Shown here: in pieces, positions 23,746-36,235 of the stretch | Layout of the letters: each line of letters opens with the position of its first letter | Numbering within the stretch: position 1 is the first letter of the stretch | Origin: Octopus bimaculoides | Lineage: Eukaryota | Direction of reading: 5' to 3' | DNA length: 62,164 nucleotides | Assembly: GCF_001194135.2 (NCBI RefSeq) | Contig: NC_068997.1 | Span: 51,583,462-51,645,625 of the forward strand | Position numbers and translations under genes: made by a program | The notes under the pieces: generated by a model | What the model saw: the letters and a program-made list of their open reading frames with translations, nothing else | Told to the model about the DNA's origin: nothing | The model's database searches: none

Positions 23746-24489
23746 GTGTGTGTATGTGTGCTTGTGTGTGTGTGCATGCGTATGTGTGCGTGCGTGTGCG
23801 TATATATATATGTAATACGCACACACATACAGAGATGTACTTCCGTAGCAAGTGACCTGATCTGAGATCGTGTGCTAACACTGTAGATTTAGTTGCATTA
23901 ATTACCATCGGGGGAATTAGGTTGTGAGATTTACAAATGGTCAGAACGATGGTATGCGATCCTAACAGCCTAAAGAGTAAGGATGGTATGTTTTTCCCCA
24001 ACAGCTCTGCGTTATTTAGTGCAAATGTACTTACACATATTGTAGCGTACCATATTGATGCATAAAGTCTGACCTGTCGGATGACCCCATGCATTTTTCT
24101 GTAAATAAGTAGGATGCAAATACGTAAATCAGTCGTAAAAAAAGAAAAGAGCCTTTGTATTTTAGAGTAACGTTTTCATTAAGCTTGTAGCGCTGATCGG
24201 ATTTGTCCCATGAGCATAAATAAAGGAAATGCATATTGATTCAGAAGTTTCTTTATTAATGCATTATTCACTAGCGAGGGTGAAAAAATAGCGAGTCAAC
24301 CTGGGCTTCAGGTTAAAGGGTTTTATCCAAATGATTTCCAGTTGATAAAGTCATACTTTCTCGATGCAAAAATGGAATATCCTGGTATTATTATCTTTGG
24401 TAAACCACAAATAAGAAAACACAATTCTACTACAATGCTATGGTTCGAGAAAATCAACAACTTTGGTGCCAACTTTGGGGCAACGTGAA

Positions 24490-24592
24490 ATGATGCGTTT
24501 CGCTCAAGAACATAACTCGCTGCTCCGTCCAAGAATCAAGCCCACGATCTAGCAATCGCAAGTGCAACACCCTTGACCACTCGGCCATGCTC
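24490..24592 (-). mobile_element. SINE group D head fragment
   Basis: GCTCAAGAACATAAC...ACCACTCGGCCATGC, homologous to 51420-51528. Confidence 0.6.
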
Positions 24593-24754
24593 TTTCACAC
24601 CATGAAGTCTACATTCCCGGTATTTGTACCAAATCAGATGACATAACAAAAGGGTGTTTACATAGTATCTGATGAGAAAAAGGAATGACATAAACATTAT
24701 ACGTAGCTTAAAAATACATCGATGATACAATCAACCTGGTACCATATAACCAGC

Positions 24755-24971
24755 AAGGTGGCGAGCTGGCAGAGTGGTTAGCACGCCGGGCGAAATGCTT
24801 AGCAATATTTCGTTTGCCGCTACGTTCTGAGTTCAAATTCCGCCGAGGTCGACTTCACTTTTTATCTTTTCAGGGTCGATAAATTAAGTACCAGTGAAAT
24901 ACTAGGTCGATGTAATCGACTAGTCCCCTCCCCGCAAAATTTCAAGGTCTTGTGCCTTCAGTAGAAAGGAT
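24755..24971 (+). mobile_element. SINE group C, full length
   Basis: AAGGTGGCGAGCTGGCAGAGTGGTTAGCACGCCGGGCGAAATGCTTAGC...GAGTTCAAATTCCGCCGAGGTCGAC...TTGTGCCTTCAGTAGAAAGG. Confidence 0.9.
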
Positions 24972-25071
24972 TATATGACCTCCGGCTAAAACGAATCAGG
25001 AACTACACATATTTCAGATCATCTGGCCACCAAGGGCAAGGAACCCCTTCCAGCTCTTTCTCTCCCGTCTA

Positions 25072-25440
25072 CAGGCAGCACATGCTTAAAGTAGTTCGTT
25101 TCCCTCATTCAGATTCAATCCCACTGTGCGCTACCTTGGACAAATATCTTCTGCTATAGCCCCGACCAACCAATACCTAGTGATTGAATTTCGTTGACAG
25201 AAACTGTGTGGAAGCCCGTGACATATATATACATATGTGTATATGTGTGTGTGTTAGTGCTTTCTCTCCACACCGCTTGACAACCGGCGTTGGTTTATTT
25301 ACGTTGTCGAAACTTACCGAAAGGAACCGATATAAAAACTAACAAATGCTAAAGTCAATTTATTCGACCAATTCCTTTAAATCCATGCCCTAGCACGACC
25401 AGAGTACAATAACTGAAATAAGTAAAAGATAAGAGATAAA
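25072..25440 (+). mobile_element. SINE group A, full length, diverged
   Basis: Head, GACAGAAACTGTGTGGAAGCCCG, microsatellite, ACCGCTTGACAACCGGCGTTGG, tail ACTGAAATAAGTAAAAGATAAG. Confidence 0.8.
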
Positions 25441-26434
25441 AAAACATATACATACATATATACACACATGTATATATACATACATATCACACAGAATCAC
25501 ACACGTAATCAAATTACTAGTCGAGTCAGCATTTCAATATTTTCGTTGAATAGTTGATGTCAGTTGTTTCACTGGTTGAAAATCAATTTTTTATTTACAT
25601 TATCCAGAATCTGTCAACTCTGCGATAAAAAAACACGAACATGAGAAGCTAGAGCGAGAGAAAATCGCTTTCCTATTAGTGCAGATCTCACCATCTTCGC
25701 TGACATAAGACGCAAATAATACGTAGAATTATATAAACACACGTTTTACTCTATGTTATTATACAATCTACTTATGTAATCTCCTGTATAGACGTGATTT
25801 AAAGAAGAATAACAAAACAGCTAAATACACAAAGTAACAAATAGATATTAAAAAACAACTGATTCAACTTGTGTCTGAAACAAACCAATAAATAAGTATA
25901 AAAGTATATATATATACATATATATATATATGTGAAATAGAAAAATTGGAAGTCCGTGATATTATCATTGTTAAATTTACGGCTATCTATGTTTCTCATA
26001 ATGTAAACATCATCTTCAATGTATTTGTTGACAAGCAAGCAGCCCAATTTATAGACTGAAATACGAAGCCGATCGCCGTGCCGCTGTGATTACGGGAGAA
26101 AAAGTGAAGTTATGCATCTTGTACAATGTCAAGATTCAAGTCGAAGATCCATTAGAGAAAACTGATACAAAATTAACAATGGCTGCCAAAGATACGTGAT
26201 ATCAGACCGATTAAACGTTATAAAAGTGATATTTCTCTATTATACACCACAAGAATGGAAGCATTTTTCGTAGCCGTTTCTCATTTTCTTTTCTGATCTT
26301 ATAGATTCCAGCTATAAACAGAACTTGAGATTCTACAATGAAACCAGTCTATTAGTATTCTGCCCCCGAAAATCAACAAAAAAACTAATGACACTTCTTG
26401 TATCACAGTTACCAGAAGTACCAGTGGTTAGTTA

Positions 26435-26470
<36 letters not shown>

Positions 26471-26934
26471 AAGTATTTGTACTATTCTTAAGGACAAGAG
26501 AACTTTTAAGTTAGACTGTATCTCATAACTGGGGCCATGATAGCCTCATTGGGTGGTTTTACATAAACAATGGGGCCCCACATATTTCAGAAATACAAGG
26601 AGTAAGGCGAGAGAAGCAGAAACTAATAGATAAAAAGACAGACAGCTGATAGAGAAAGGGTGAGAGAGAGAGAGACAGATTGTTAGGTGCGACTATCACT
26701 CAGTTCAGTCTTGTGTTAAAAAAAAAAATCAATAGTAATCATTGATAGTTTATAATTTCTGTCAACATACAGATTTGCTGGGGTTTATGAAACCAGCAGA
26801 ATATTAAACTAAACGTCTCATAATATTTAGCATCTTCTCTGTACGTTCTGACTGTACTCCACTAGCTTTATTCTTGTCTTCATCAACTCCACCCAACCTG
26901 ATGGACAGAACGAGTATCAGGATTAGCGATAACT

Positions 26935-27215
26935 TTTCAAATTTTGGCACAGTGCCAGCTGCTTTTGTGTAAAATGGTAAGTCGACTACATTGACCCCAG
27001 AACATGACTGGTGTTTTTTTTATCGATTTCCGAAGGGATGAGATGCAAAGCTAACCTTGGCGAAATTTGAACTCAGAACGTACAGACAGACGATTCTGAG
27101 TTCAAATTCACCCGATTGTTTCGATCAAATAATTACCAGTTCAGCACTGGAGCCGATGTAAGGGACTAGTACCGCCCCACTCAAAATTACTTGCCTTGAG
27201 CCTAAATTAGAAACG
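26935..27215. mobile_element. Two SINE group C fragments in inverted orientation
   Basis: GAAATTTGAACTCAGAACG (minus) abutting TTCTGAGTTCAAATTC (plus). Confidence 0.7.
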
Positions 27216-27469
27216 ATCGTTAGTGATAGCTTTATTGTTTAACGTCTCGTTTATTTTACTTATTAAAGGAAGATAATGTTTATCGACCGACCACATAATA
27301 AGCGATATTATTGGTACTGATTATTATTTAGCAAAATATACGGCGATTGACTCTTTTCAGTTTTATTACCCAGCTAAATCAGAAAATTCGAGGATGTACT
27401 TTTCTAGGAAGTGGTTTGATCTAAGACCACAAGTTCAAACTGAAGCAGTTACATGGTGAAAGAAAAGTT

Positions 27470-27590
27470 CCAGTTATTTAATAACGCACAAAATGTTAAA
27501 TTCACACTTTATTTAAATGGCGAAGTTTTAAAGCTTCTATCACACTACAGCGACCTGGTAACTGACAAATTTATGCTGAAAGAATTGTGC
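27470..27590 (+). mobile_element. Possible LINE RT C-terminal relic
   Basis: FTLYLNGEVLKLLSHYSDL resembles the l.lnG..l..v....dLG segment of non-LTR RTs; weak. Confidence 0.25.
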
Positions 27591-27654
27591 TTGCGATATT
27601 TAAGCCGGGGTGAAGGTAACCTAACATATCTTCAGTAAATATACGTGAGCTGCT

Positions 27655-27828
27655 AAGGTGGCGAGCTGGCTGAATCCTTAGCAAGTCGGGAAAAATACTT
27701 CACGGCATTTTGTCTGTCCTTACGGTATGAGTTCGAATTCAGCCCAGGTCGATTTTGCCTTTCATTCTTCCGGAGTCATAAAAGAAATACCAGTCAAATT
27801 GCTGCTCCTGTGCCAAATTTTGAAATCA
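27655..27828 (+). mobile_element. SINE group C
   Basis: AAGGTGGCGAGCTGGCTGAATCCTTAGC...GAGTTCGAATTC...GTGCCAAATTTTGAAATC. Confidence 0.8.
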
Positions 27829-29127
27829 ATATATGAGGAGTTTTCCAAAGGATTTAGCTTCACGATGATCCCAACTAAGGATAAAAAATTTTTTTTATAT
27901 CATGAAGTATTTTGGGGGAAAATGCTTCCGCTTTGTAAAGAAATTGCAATGTCCTTCAATCTGATCTTCAACATACTTCAAGTGTTAATGTTTCTGCTAC
28001 ACAATAGCAGATTTGCAATGATTTGCAATTATGACATCTAACAAGTCAATATAATGTAAGTAATGAGTCAGTGAGAAGGTCGCAGATGTGCGACGAAAAT
28101 GTTGACACGTCGTGTAATAAGTGGAAAGTGAATTTAACAGCTCTTTAGTATTTAGAAGGCCCAAATCCCTTTCTTCCGAGGATATTGGCAACATCATATT
28201 TATTATTCTCGCTACTGAAACCTCTTTAAACACCAATTTCTGAGCAAAATTCACAGAAAGGCAAATCAATATGTGGTCAATTAAACCATTATATTTCTAT
28301 TAGCAATAAACTTAATAATGGATTCATTGTTTATAAGTGACAACTATTGGGGTAATTGAATATATGAGGAGAAATTCCATTGTTATCGCAGTAAGAGTAC
28401 ATGACCGTTTATAAAGTTTCACTACTAATTAACAAAGAACTAATATTATTTCATAAGTTACGATAAATGATTATAGCTTTAGTATTTTTATTTATTATAA
28501 AATAATAATTCTCAAATAAAATGCATGCCTTTAAGACTAACAAGAACACTGACCGTAAACGAGAGAGAGAAAGAAAGAGAGAGAGAGCTGGGAAGAAAAC
28601 AAAAGCGAATATTTCGTGTGAAGCCGAAATAATAATAATAACGATAGTGCTGATTATGATAATGATAATAATAAACAATATAGAATACAGTAGACAATTA
28701 AAGACAAACGGCTTTTAGAGGCAGCATGGTGAGAGAACTAAGACAAATGGAGACTGTTAAAATGTCAAATTGAATCGACGATGAGTCTTGGCTATTTTTT
28801 TCAGTCACGTATTGTAAAAATACTTTATTCTTTAATCCTGGTGATCTTTTATCAAGATATATATTTTTCTTAGTTTGTTTTCTGTGTATTTTGTTGTGGA
28901 GTTTACATCACGATAATTCAATTTAATTTAATTTAATTCTTGTACTTGTTATTTCCTTATTAAAATGGTAAACCATCGAAAAGTGAAGCTGCAACACACC
29001 TCACGAGCGACACGTCGAGTCACTCGATCAACACAATTACCCAAACAAATTCCTTACTTCTTTCAAGCAGTCTCGAAGGACTTGGAAATGGTCACGAACG
29101 CTACTCTTCTGGCCGTGACTGGTCTCA

Positions 29128-29510
29128 CATTTTGGCACCAGGCCAGCAATTTCGGGGGAGGGGGAAAATCGATTACATCGGTCCACTGCTCAACTGGTGC
29201 TTATATTATGGACCCCGAGATGATGTAAAGCAAAGTCGACCTCTTTGAACTCAGAACGTAAAGACGGACGAAATGCGGATAAGCATATTTTATTTCTTTA
29301 TTGCCCACAGGGGGCTAAACATAGAGGGGACAAACAAGAGGATTGAGTCGATTACATCGACCCCAATGCGTAACTGGTACTTAATTTATCGACTTCGAAA
29401 GGATGAAAGGCAAAGTCGACCTCGGCGGGATTTGAACTCAGAACGTAGCGGCGGACGAAATACCGCTAAGCATTTCGCCAGCGTTCTAACGATTCTGCCA
29501 GCTCGCCGCT

Positions 29511-29566
<56 letters not shown>

Positions 29567-29775
29567 TCATGCTTCTGTATGCACAAGACCTGAAATTATG
29601 GGGAGGGAGCTAGTTGATTACATTGACCCCAGTTCTCAACTGGTATTTACTATATCGACGCCGAAAGGATGAAAGGCAAAGTCGACCTCAGCAGAATTTG
29701 AACTCAGAACAAAGACGGACGAAATGCCGCTAAGCATTTTGCCCCGCTTGCTAACGATTCTGCCAGCTCGTCGTC

Positions 29776-29809
<34 letters not shown>

Positions 29810-29830
29810 TAATAATAATAATGATAATAA
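29128..29830 (-). mobile_element. Head-to-tail trimer of SINE group C (29128-29285, 29289-29512, 29575-29776) with (ATT)n arrays after the second and third copies
   Basis: Three copies of GCAAAGTCGACCTC..GAACTCAGAAC..GACGAAAT; (AAT)n at 29512-29567 and 29776-29830. Confidence 0.9.
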
Positions 29831-30329
29831 TAAGAAAGTAAGAAATTTAATTCTTGTAATTGAGTGTTTCCTTTCTGAAACTATGAGCTCACCAGAAATA
29901 GAATGTGCGACATTTCTCAAGAGAAATATGTAAGATTCAGTCAATAAACGCAATTAAGCAACGTAATCCTTCGCTTCCGTCTACCAGGCGTGAAGAACCT
30001 GGAGATGCTCATCAACGTCGCTCTTTCGTCTCTGATCAAAATATATGATTTAACAATTCCTTGTTGGTTCCAAAATGGCAGCAGGTACTCTAGAATCCAA
30101 AAACCTTAAGACAACTCGTCCAACCCACCTACAGAGAAAATTCTCTATCCTAATATCAGTTTCATCTCTCCACCCCTAGTTCCCCATCCCTAAATCTCAT
30201 GATGTAGAGTATCTCAGCGTTGTCAGTTTCTATCCACACAAAATTGTTGCTTTCTAAATGTGCGAAGGTTTGATTCGGCAACTCATGTTAATTAACATTT
30301 CAGCCATCAGACTGCAGTCATGCATCTTT

Positions 30330-30648
30330 TAGACGAATGAATCTTCAGGCATCTTTTAGGCGAATGAAGCGATCGCAGGACGTTTTTATAGCTTGGTACT
30401 TATTCTATTGTTATGGGGGTCTTAAACACACCGGCACCAGTTGTCAAGCGATGGTGGAGGATAAACACTCACACATATACGCTATATCACGGGCTTCTTT
30501 CAGTCTCTGTCTTTCAAATCCACTGACAAGGCTGTGATTGGCCCGAGGCCATAGTAGAACACACTTGCTCAATTTGCTCCTCATTGAGACTGAACGCGGA
30601 ACCATGTGGTTTGGAAGCAAACTTCTTACCACTACGCCACGCCCTGCC
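30330..30648 (-). mobile_element. SINE group A
   Basis: CACCGGCACCAGTTGTCAAGCG...GGGCTTCTTTCAGT..GTAGAACACACTTGCTCAA..CTTCTTACCACTACGCCACGCCCTGC. Confidence 0.8.
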
Positions 30649-31029
30649 TAAACTTATTTGATGTCTCCATTTCGAATTCAGATATCCTTTGAGTTTTCGA
30701 TCTTTTGGAGACTGAGTAGAATAAACTGGAAACACTGGCTGCTGTGCTAGAAAAGCTGAAAGTTAAAAGACACTTATTTTCGGAAGTCAAGGTCACAAAG
30801 ATGTCATGTTTTGATTATAGAATGCGCCACGAGTCACTGATTAAAAGACTAGCCTGAAAAATGTTGGGATGAGAGTAAGTAGCTGTCACAGACGTTTGTA
30901 GACAGAAGACATCAAAGAACTGACTGGCATAGAACCTGGGTTAGTGTGAGTATATGACATCACATAAAGTGAACTAGACTGTTTTGGCAACTCGGCCACT
31001 GGTCAAAGAGAGACAGAAAGCATCTGGCA

Positions 31030-31420
31030 GATAGTTAATAATGGACACATTAAATGCTATAGTCTCATTTATGCGTTTGAACATAAATCTACGCCATCAG
31101 AGCTATCAAGAGGTGAAGCAAGAAGAAAAACAGAAGCAACAGCAACCACAACATCTACGGGGTCAGCTTTTGCATTTTGTGACACTTTATATAAAGGGCC
31201 TCTGTCGGTAAATTTATCCATGAAACTGATTATGTACATGCTGACTCTAGCAAGATTTCTTTGTGGAAGCTTGACATTTGCCCGTGCTTGGCTGTTTGGC
31301 TGTCTACTCTCTCCACGATGCCGTTGTTTCTTCAAACAAAAGGCAGCCAACTTGGCCTGGCACAGCCCAACACAAATGTCGCAGACATTGTGGACAGAAT
31401 GCAAAAATCCAGAACAGATT
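31030..31420 (+). mobile_element. Probable RTE-clade LINE 3' relic
   Basis: Frame reads NNGHIKCYSLIYAF...GSAFAFCDTLYKGPLSVNLSMKLIMYMLTLARFLCGS, resembling a..aF..L...w....ls..tKl..y...v...LlYGsE after the RT thumb; highly diverged. Confidence 0.4.
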
Positions 31421-32412
31421 ACACAAAGCATCTTGTCTGACCCTTTAAAAGATCCACCAACACACAACTTTTTGTTGGAATCTCTTTATTGGCCTGAAGG
31501 GAGGGAAAAGCAAAGTTGACCACGGTACGATATGAACTTGAAAAGCGCAGTGAATCGGGAAAAGAATACCGCGTGACATGCAATCCAACGCTTTAACAAT
31601 GCCACCAATTCAAAGCATTTTACCTGCCATATTGTTCCAAATGCAACTACCTCAATATGTGAATGAAAAACAGTTTAGTGTTTGCCTGACAGAAGAGATC
31701 GTAGGGTCTAACTGCGTGCATGCGAAACATTGAGCACATTTCCTGAGATAGGCTGAAATAGAAGGCCTCTGTGACATACCAAATGTCTAAAGCAAGTATA
31801 CCATATCAGCAGCAATCTGAAATGCTTTTATAAATGGCGTCACATAATAAATGCTTAAAATATATACATTTGATTTTTTTTTTCATCTGCTTTTTATATG
31901 CGATAAATGCAAACGACAATGTTGAATATGAATATCTGAAATTAAATAAGCATAAAAACTCTGTTAAAAATATTGTTTAAACACTTTGAACTATGGAAAA
32001 ATTAGATAAAAGATTGTACGAGAAACCTAGAAAATTTAAAGCATGGAGAGAAATGTTTAACAAGAACGCGAAACCCAGAAAAAAAAATAGAATCCCGAAA
32101 CAAATACAAGTTAGAATAAAACACTTTATAAAGAGCAATGTATAAAGAAAAATTCATTCCACAAGCGTTATCTTTAAAATAACAAACAACGAGTCAAGAT
32201 ATTTTGAAAGATAACCTACTTTATCTCAAGGATAATAAGCTTAGTAATGGTTGCCAAAGAACGGATACGCATTTCAATAATATTCAGTAACGTTCGCAAA
32301 ATTAAGAGAATGGATAATAATAATAATAATAATAATAACCATAATAATAATAATAATAACAACAACAATTTCTTTTAGCTGCCACCAGAACGAAAGATGA
32401 GGTGGGGCAATA

Positions 32413-32455
<43 letters not shown>

Positions 32456-32496
32456 GGGTTGGGAGAATACAGCATGCACGGACGAAGACGATAATG

Positions 32497-32532
<36 letters not shown>

Positions 32533-32559
32533 CTTGCATACATATATGCATAAACAAAC

Positions 32560-32596
<37 letters not shown>

Positions 32597-33495
32597 TAAA
32601 TATACGTGTGTATGTGTGTGCATATTGATACTTGTGTGTGTAATGTATTCATGTAAATACGTATACAAATATGTATATCTTCATATAAATTTATGAATAT
32701 ATATTCGTTAGCGAAGTTGTATACATGTATGTGTGTGTGTATATACGTATGCGTGCATGAGCGTATCACTGGTATATCATTTATCATATTTGTAAAGGTC
32801 ACAACTTTTCTATTACATCATATTTTTAAGCGCAAGCGATAACCATCATATTATTACATACATATAGATATATGTAATATATATACATGTATATATATGC
32901 ACACACACACATATATATACATACACGTACGCACACATATACGCGTATATATATATATATATATTACATATATATCTATTAATATATATATGAATAGTCA
33001 AATACATGTACAGAGGTTCGAAACGCTTAGTTTAGAATAGGGGCAGCTGATGAAAGAAATGTTCTCTATGTGTCCTCTCTGTTTTCCTATTTTTTCCTAC
33101 CGTTGTCCGAAAAAAGTTTGTTTTCCGTGCTTTGTTTATATTCACGTTTTTCATTTTGTCCACGTTTTTTTGACTTCCTGTATCCAGATATGCATCTATA
33201 TAGACATGTAGATGTAGGTATGTACATACATGTACGTATATATGCATATACTCACATTTTATTTGTATTATTATATATATATATTCAAATACACATACAC
33301 AATGAATTAAGCGGAGCAAGAGGACACACGTGGACGAAATGGGTAGCGGAAGTGGTCACAGATGTGTGACGAAAGATTTCTGGACAATGGACGTAGATAA
33401 AATAGCAACAGTAATAAACGAGTGAAGAAAGAATATATAGTGCGTGTGTTTATTTGGCAAAAAACAACCAAATTTTTTATATTTCCTTATGAGAA

Positions 33496-33700
33496 GTGAG
33501 CGAGCTGGCAGTATTGTTACCACACCTGACAAAATGCTTAGCGGCACTTCTTCCGGTTTTACGTTCTGATTTTAAATTCCACCGTTGTCGACATTGCATG
33601 TCATCTTTTCAGTGTCGATAAGTTGAACATTAGGGTCAACGTAATGGGTTTGCTCGATCCGCAAACCTCTTGGCTCGTTGCCAAAAATTAGAAAGTATTA
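33496..33700 (+). mobile_element. SINE group C, diverged
   Basis: GCGAGCTGGCAG...CAAAATGCTTAGCGGC..TTACGTTCTGATTTTAAATTCCACCG. Confidence 0.75.
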
Positions 33701-34520
33701 TATTTCATTACCACGATTTTTAGACTTTGTATAAATAAATCAAATCCAAAAATGTTGCATGGTCACATCTTCTGAATGAAGTGGTTAATATAAGTGTGTG
33801 TTGACATTTTGCATTCGAATCAAGTAGTCGTATTTGTGATTGGTGTTTTGTTGGTGTTGCCATTACCTCATAGGCTGAGGTTTTCATTGTTAGTTATTTT
33901 GATTCACTTGTCAACTGTTATTGTTTGTTTGCGACGAGGGCATTCTTATCTGTGTTTATTTTGGTATTTTTCAGTCTTATTAGGATTTGTTTCAACATTG
34001 CTCGTCTCTGTCTTGTGGGAAATGTTACTTTTCAGTTTTATTTTATATTTTGTAGTGATATGCATTACTATTGCTCATTGTTGTCGTTGACGATAACGAT
34101 AGTAATGATGATGTGTTGCTCTAGTTCAGTTCTGATAGTCAGCCGAATAACAGTACGTAACTCAGTTACCTATTTACACAACGTCACCGTCTTGCCGAGT
34201 GCAACTGTGAACACTATAACATACATTGAAGACCTCTAGGGATCATTCTAGAACACACGTTTTTCAATCTGTGCCTTCACAATATTACCGCACCTCCACA
34301 AGTGCGTACAACCTTATACACTGAAATCACACTATCTTCTCTTCACTTCACTTTCCGTTTTAGAGTGGTGCTTTTTCATCGACCCCAAAATAATGACAGA
34401 AAATCTGACCCCGGTGCAATATGATCTCAAAACACCGACGTTGTAATAAATTCCACAAAGCATTTATTACTAATAACAATTCCGTAATTTTCTAGTTTTG
34501 GGTGATTTATTTTGTTTAAT

Positions 34521-34885
34521 ACAGTTCTATATTTAAGAGATGAGGAATTATGTACATTATTTATATTATTTACATTTGACGGATATTTGTCATCTTGTTT
34601 GTTGTTAACACAACATTTCAGCTGATATACTATCCAGCCTTCATCAGGTGTCTTGGGGAAATTTCGAACCTGGGTTCTCATTCCTAAGGTATTTTTCGAT
34701 ATTATTATCATTATTATTATTCAGGTCACAGCCTGGAATCGAACTTTGAATCTTGAGGTTTGTAGCCTGCGCTCTTAACCGCTGCGCCATATGCCCGTGA
34801 TGAAGGCTGGACGGTATATCAGCCGAAACGTTGTGTTAACAAACAAGATGAGGACAAATATCAGTCAAATGTAAATAATGTAAAT
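34521..34885 (-). mobile_element. Composite element: tRNA-derived SINE head, PLE-like tail with hammerhead, and inverted tail copy at the 5' end
   Basis: A-box TGGCGCAGCGG (34779-89) and B-box GTTCGATTCC (34735-44) on minus; HHR at 34607-34652; about 88-bp inverted arms at 34559-34646 and 34798-34885. Left boundary uncertain (34521-34560). Confidence 0.75.
34607..34652 (-). ncRNA. Minimal type I hammerhead ribozyme in the SINE tail
   Basis: GACAC-CUGAUGA-A-GGCUG(GAUAGUAUAU)CAGCU-GAAA-UG-UU-GUGUU. The inverted sister copy keeps CAGCC-GAAA-CG-UU, so the two deviations here look like CpG decay. Confidence 0.75.
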
Positions 34886-36058
34886 CATATAAATGTTATT
34901 TTGTTTATTTTTCATTTATATGTTTGGTGCAGTTTTGGTGCTTTGTGTTTGAGATTCACAATTTATTCTGTGCAATTAGGCTGACGCATTTTATTTTAAT
35001 GTGGAATTTATGGCTTATCCGCATTTACGATTAGATTAATGCATGTTTGAATTTCTGATTATTTGTTTGGGATTGAAGAATTATTTAAATTCTGAGAATC
35101 ATGGCCCACTTTTCTTGGCAGAACTCTTTTTATATTGGTTTTCTAAAGTTTGTGAAAGAACTTTTGCCTCCTATAGTGATATGAAAGCTTGTCAGACGAT
35201 AATTGATATATTTGAAAAAAAGCCGAGGTACTGTTTGATAAATGATCCTTGAGCTAGGTGTGTTGGAACAGAATGTTGATATTTGAAGAAAAAGCGGGTA
35301 ATTCGGTCCTTAGATATTCCAGAGTTGACATAAGCGCATCAGATGACCCCCGCCCCAAGAAGCGGCGCTCTACATGTCCCATATCCGTATCTCCGGATGA
35401 CCCGATTCGATGGACGAGATCGTTTATTCAGAAACGAGGACAGTTTCCAGTGTTTCCAAAAGCGTCTCCCGGCTCCTTTGCGCTTTTGCCGTTTCGCCTG
35501 ACCACCACCACGACTATGATCCTGGAAACCCTTAGAGATGTGCATGAGTGTTGGTTTGTGCTAATTAAGATATTAAACGTTTCCGGATGTGGGTAATATT
35601 TCAGCCGCAACCATATATTGTTCATGTAGCATTTAAACAACCGGGAAGATGTAGATAACATTGAAATGTCTGCCAATGATGAAGTTTGCTAGAGCTTAAA
35701 TTGATGAAGTTATGGGACAATTCTAAGTGAATTGTGAACGGGTAATTAAGCGTAGTAATTAGACTGTCAATGTTTCTACCAAAGGTTTGCATTAAGTCGA
35801 TCTTGTCTGTTTAATACTCAAGCAATTAATGCTTATATAGAGGGGGTTTAGGTCAGTTGGACACGTGACTGCTAATGATGGGGGGGGGGTCAATCTTTCG
35901 CTTTTCTATCTTCATCATGGTAGTTGTGGTTGCGGTGGCTGAGGCGTTGGTGGTTACGTTCGTGGTGGTGCTGCAGATGCTGGTGATATTTCCCCACACT
36001 GCCTTCAAAATAAATTCATACATACATGCTAATTACATACATGCATACATACGTATCA

Positions 36059-36099
<41 letters not shown>

Positions 36100-36111
36100 G
36101 ACACACATATG

Positions 36112-36148
<37 letters not shown>

Positions 36149-36158
36149 GCACGTGTGT

Positions 36159-36235
<77 letters not shown>

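Noticed and set aside
24312-24488. Open frame after TTCAG (VKGFYPNDFQLIKSYF...)
   Set aside because: No recognisable homology; it ends in a SINE head fragment.
26055-26199. Open frame after TTATAG (LKYEADRRAAVITGEK...)
   Set aside because: Short, unrecognised, weak acceptor; cannot be supported as an exon.
33010-33065. CGAAACGC upstream of CTGATGA, suggesting a permuted hammerhead
   Set aside because: Stems I-III cannot be formed in any topology; at most a decayed PLE-like end.
35385-35430. SPDDPIRWT resembling the start of an ETS pointed domain
   Set aside because: The downstream V..WL.W pattern is absent.
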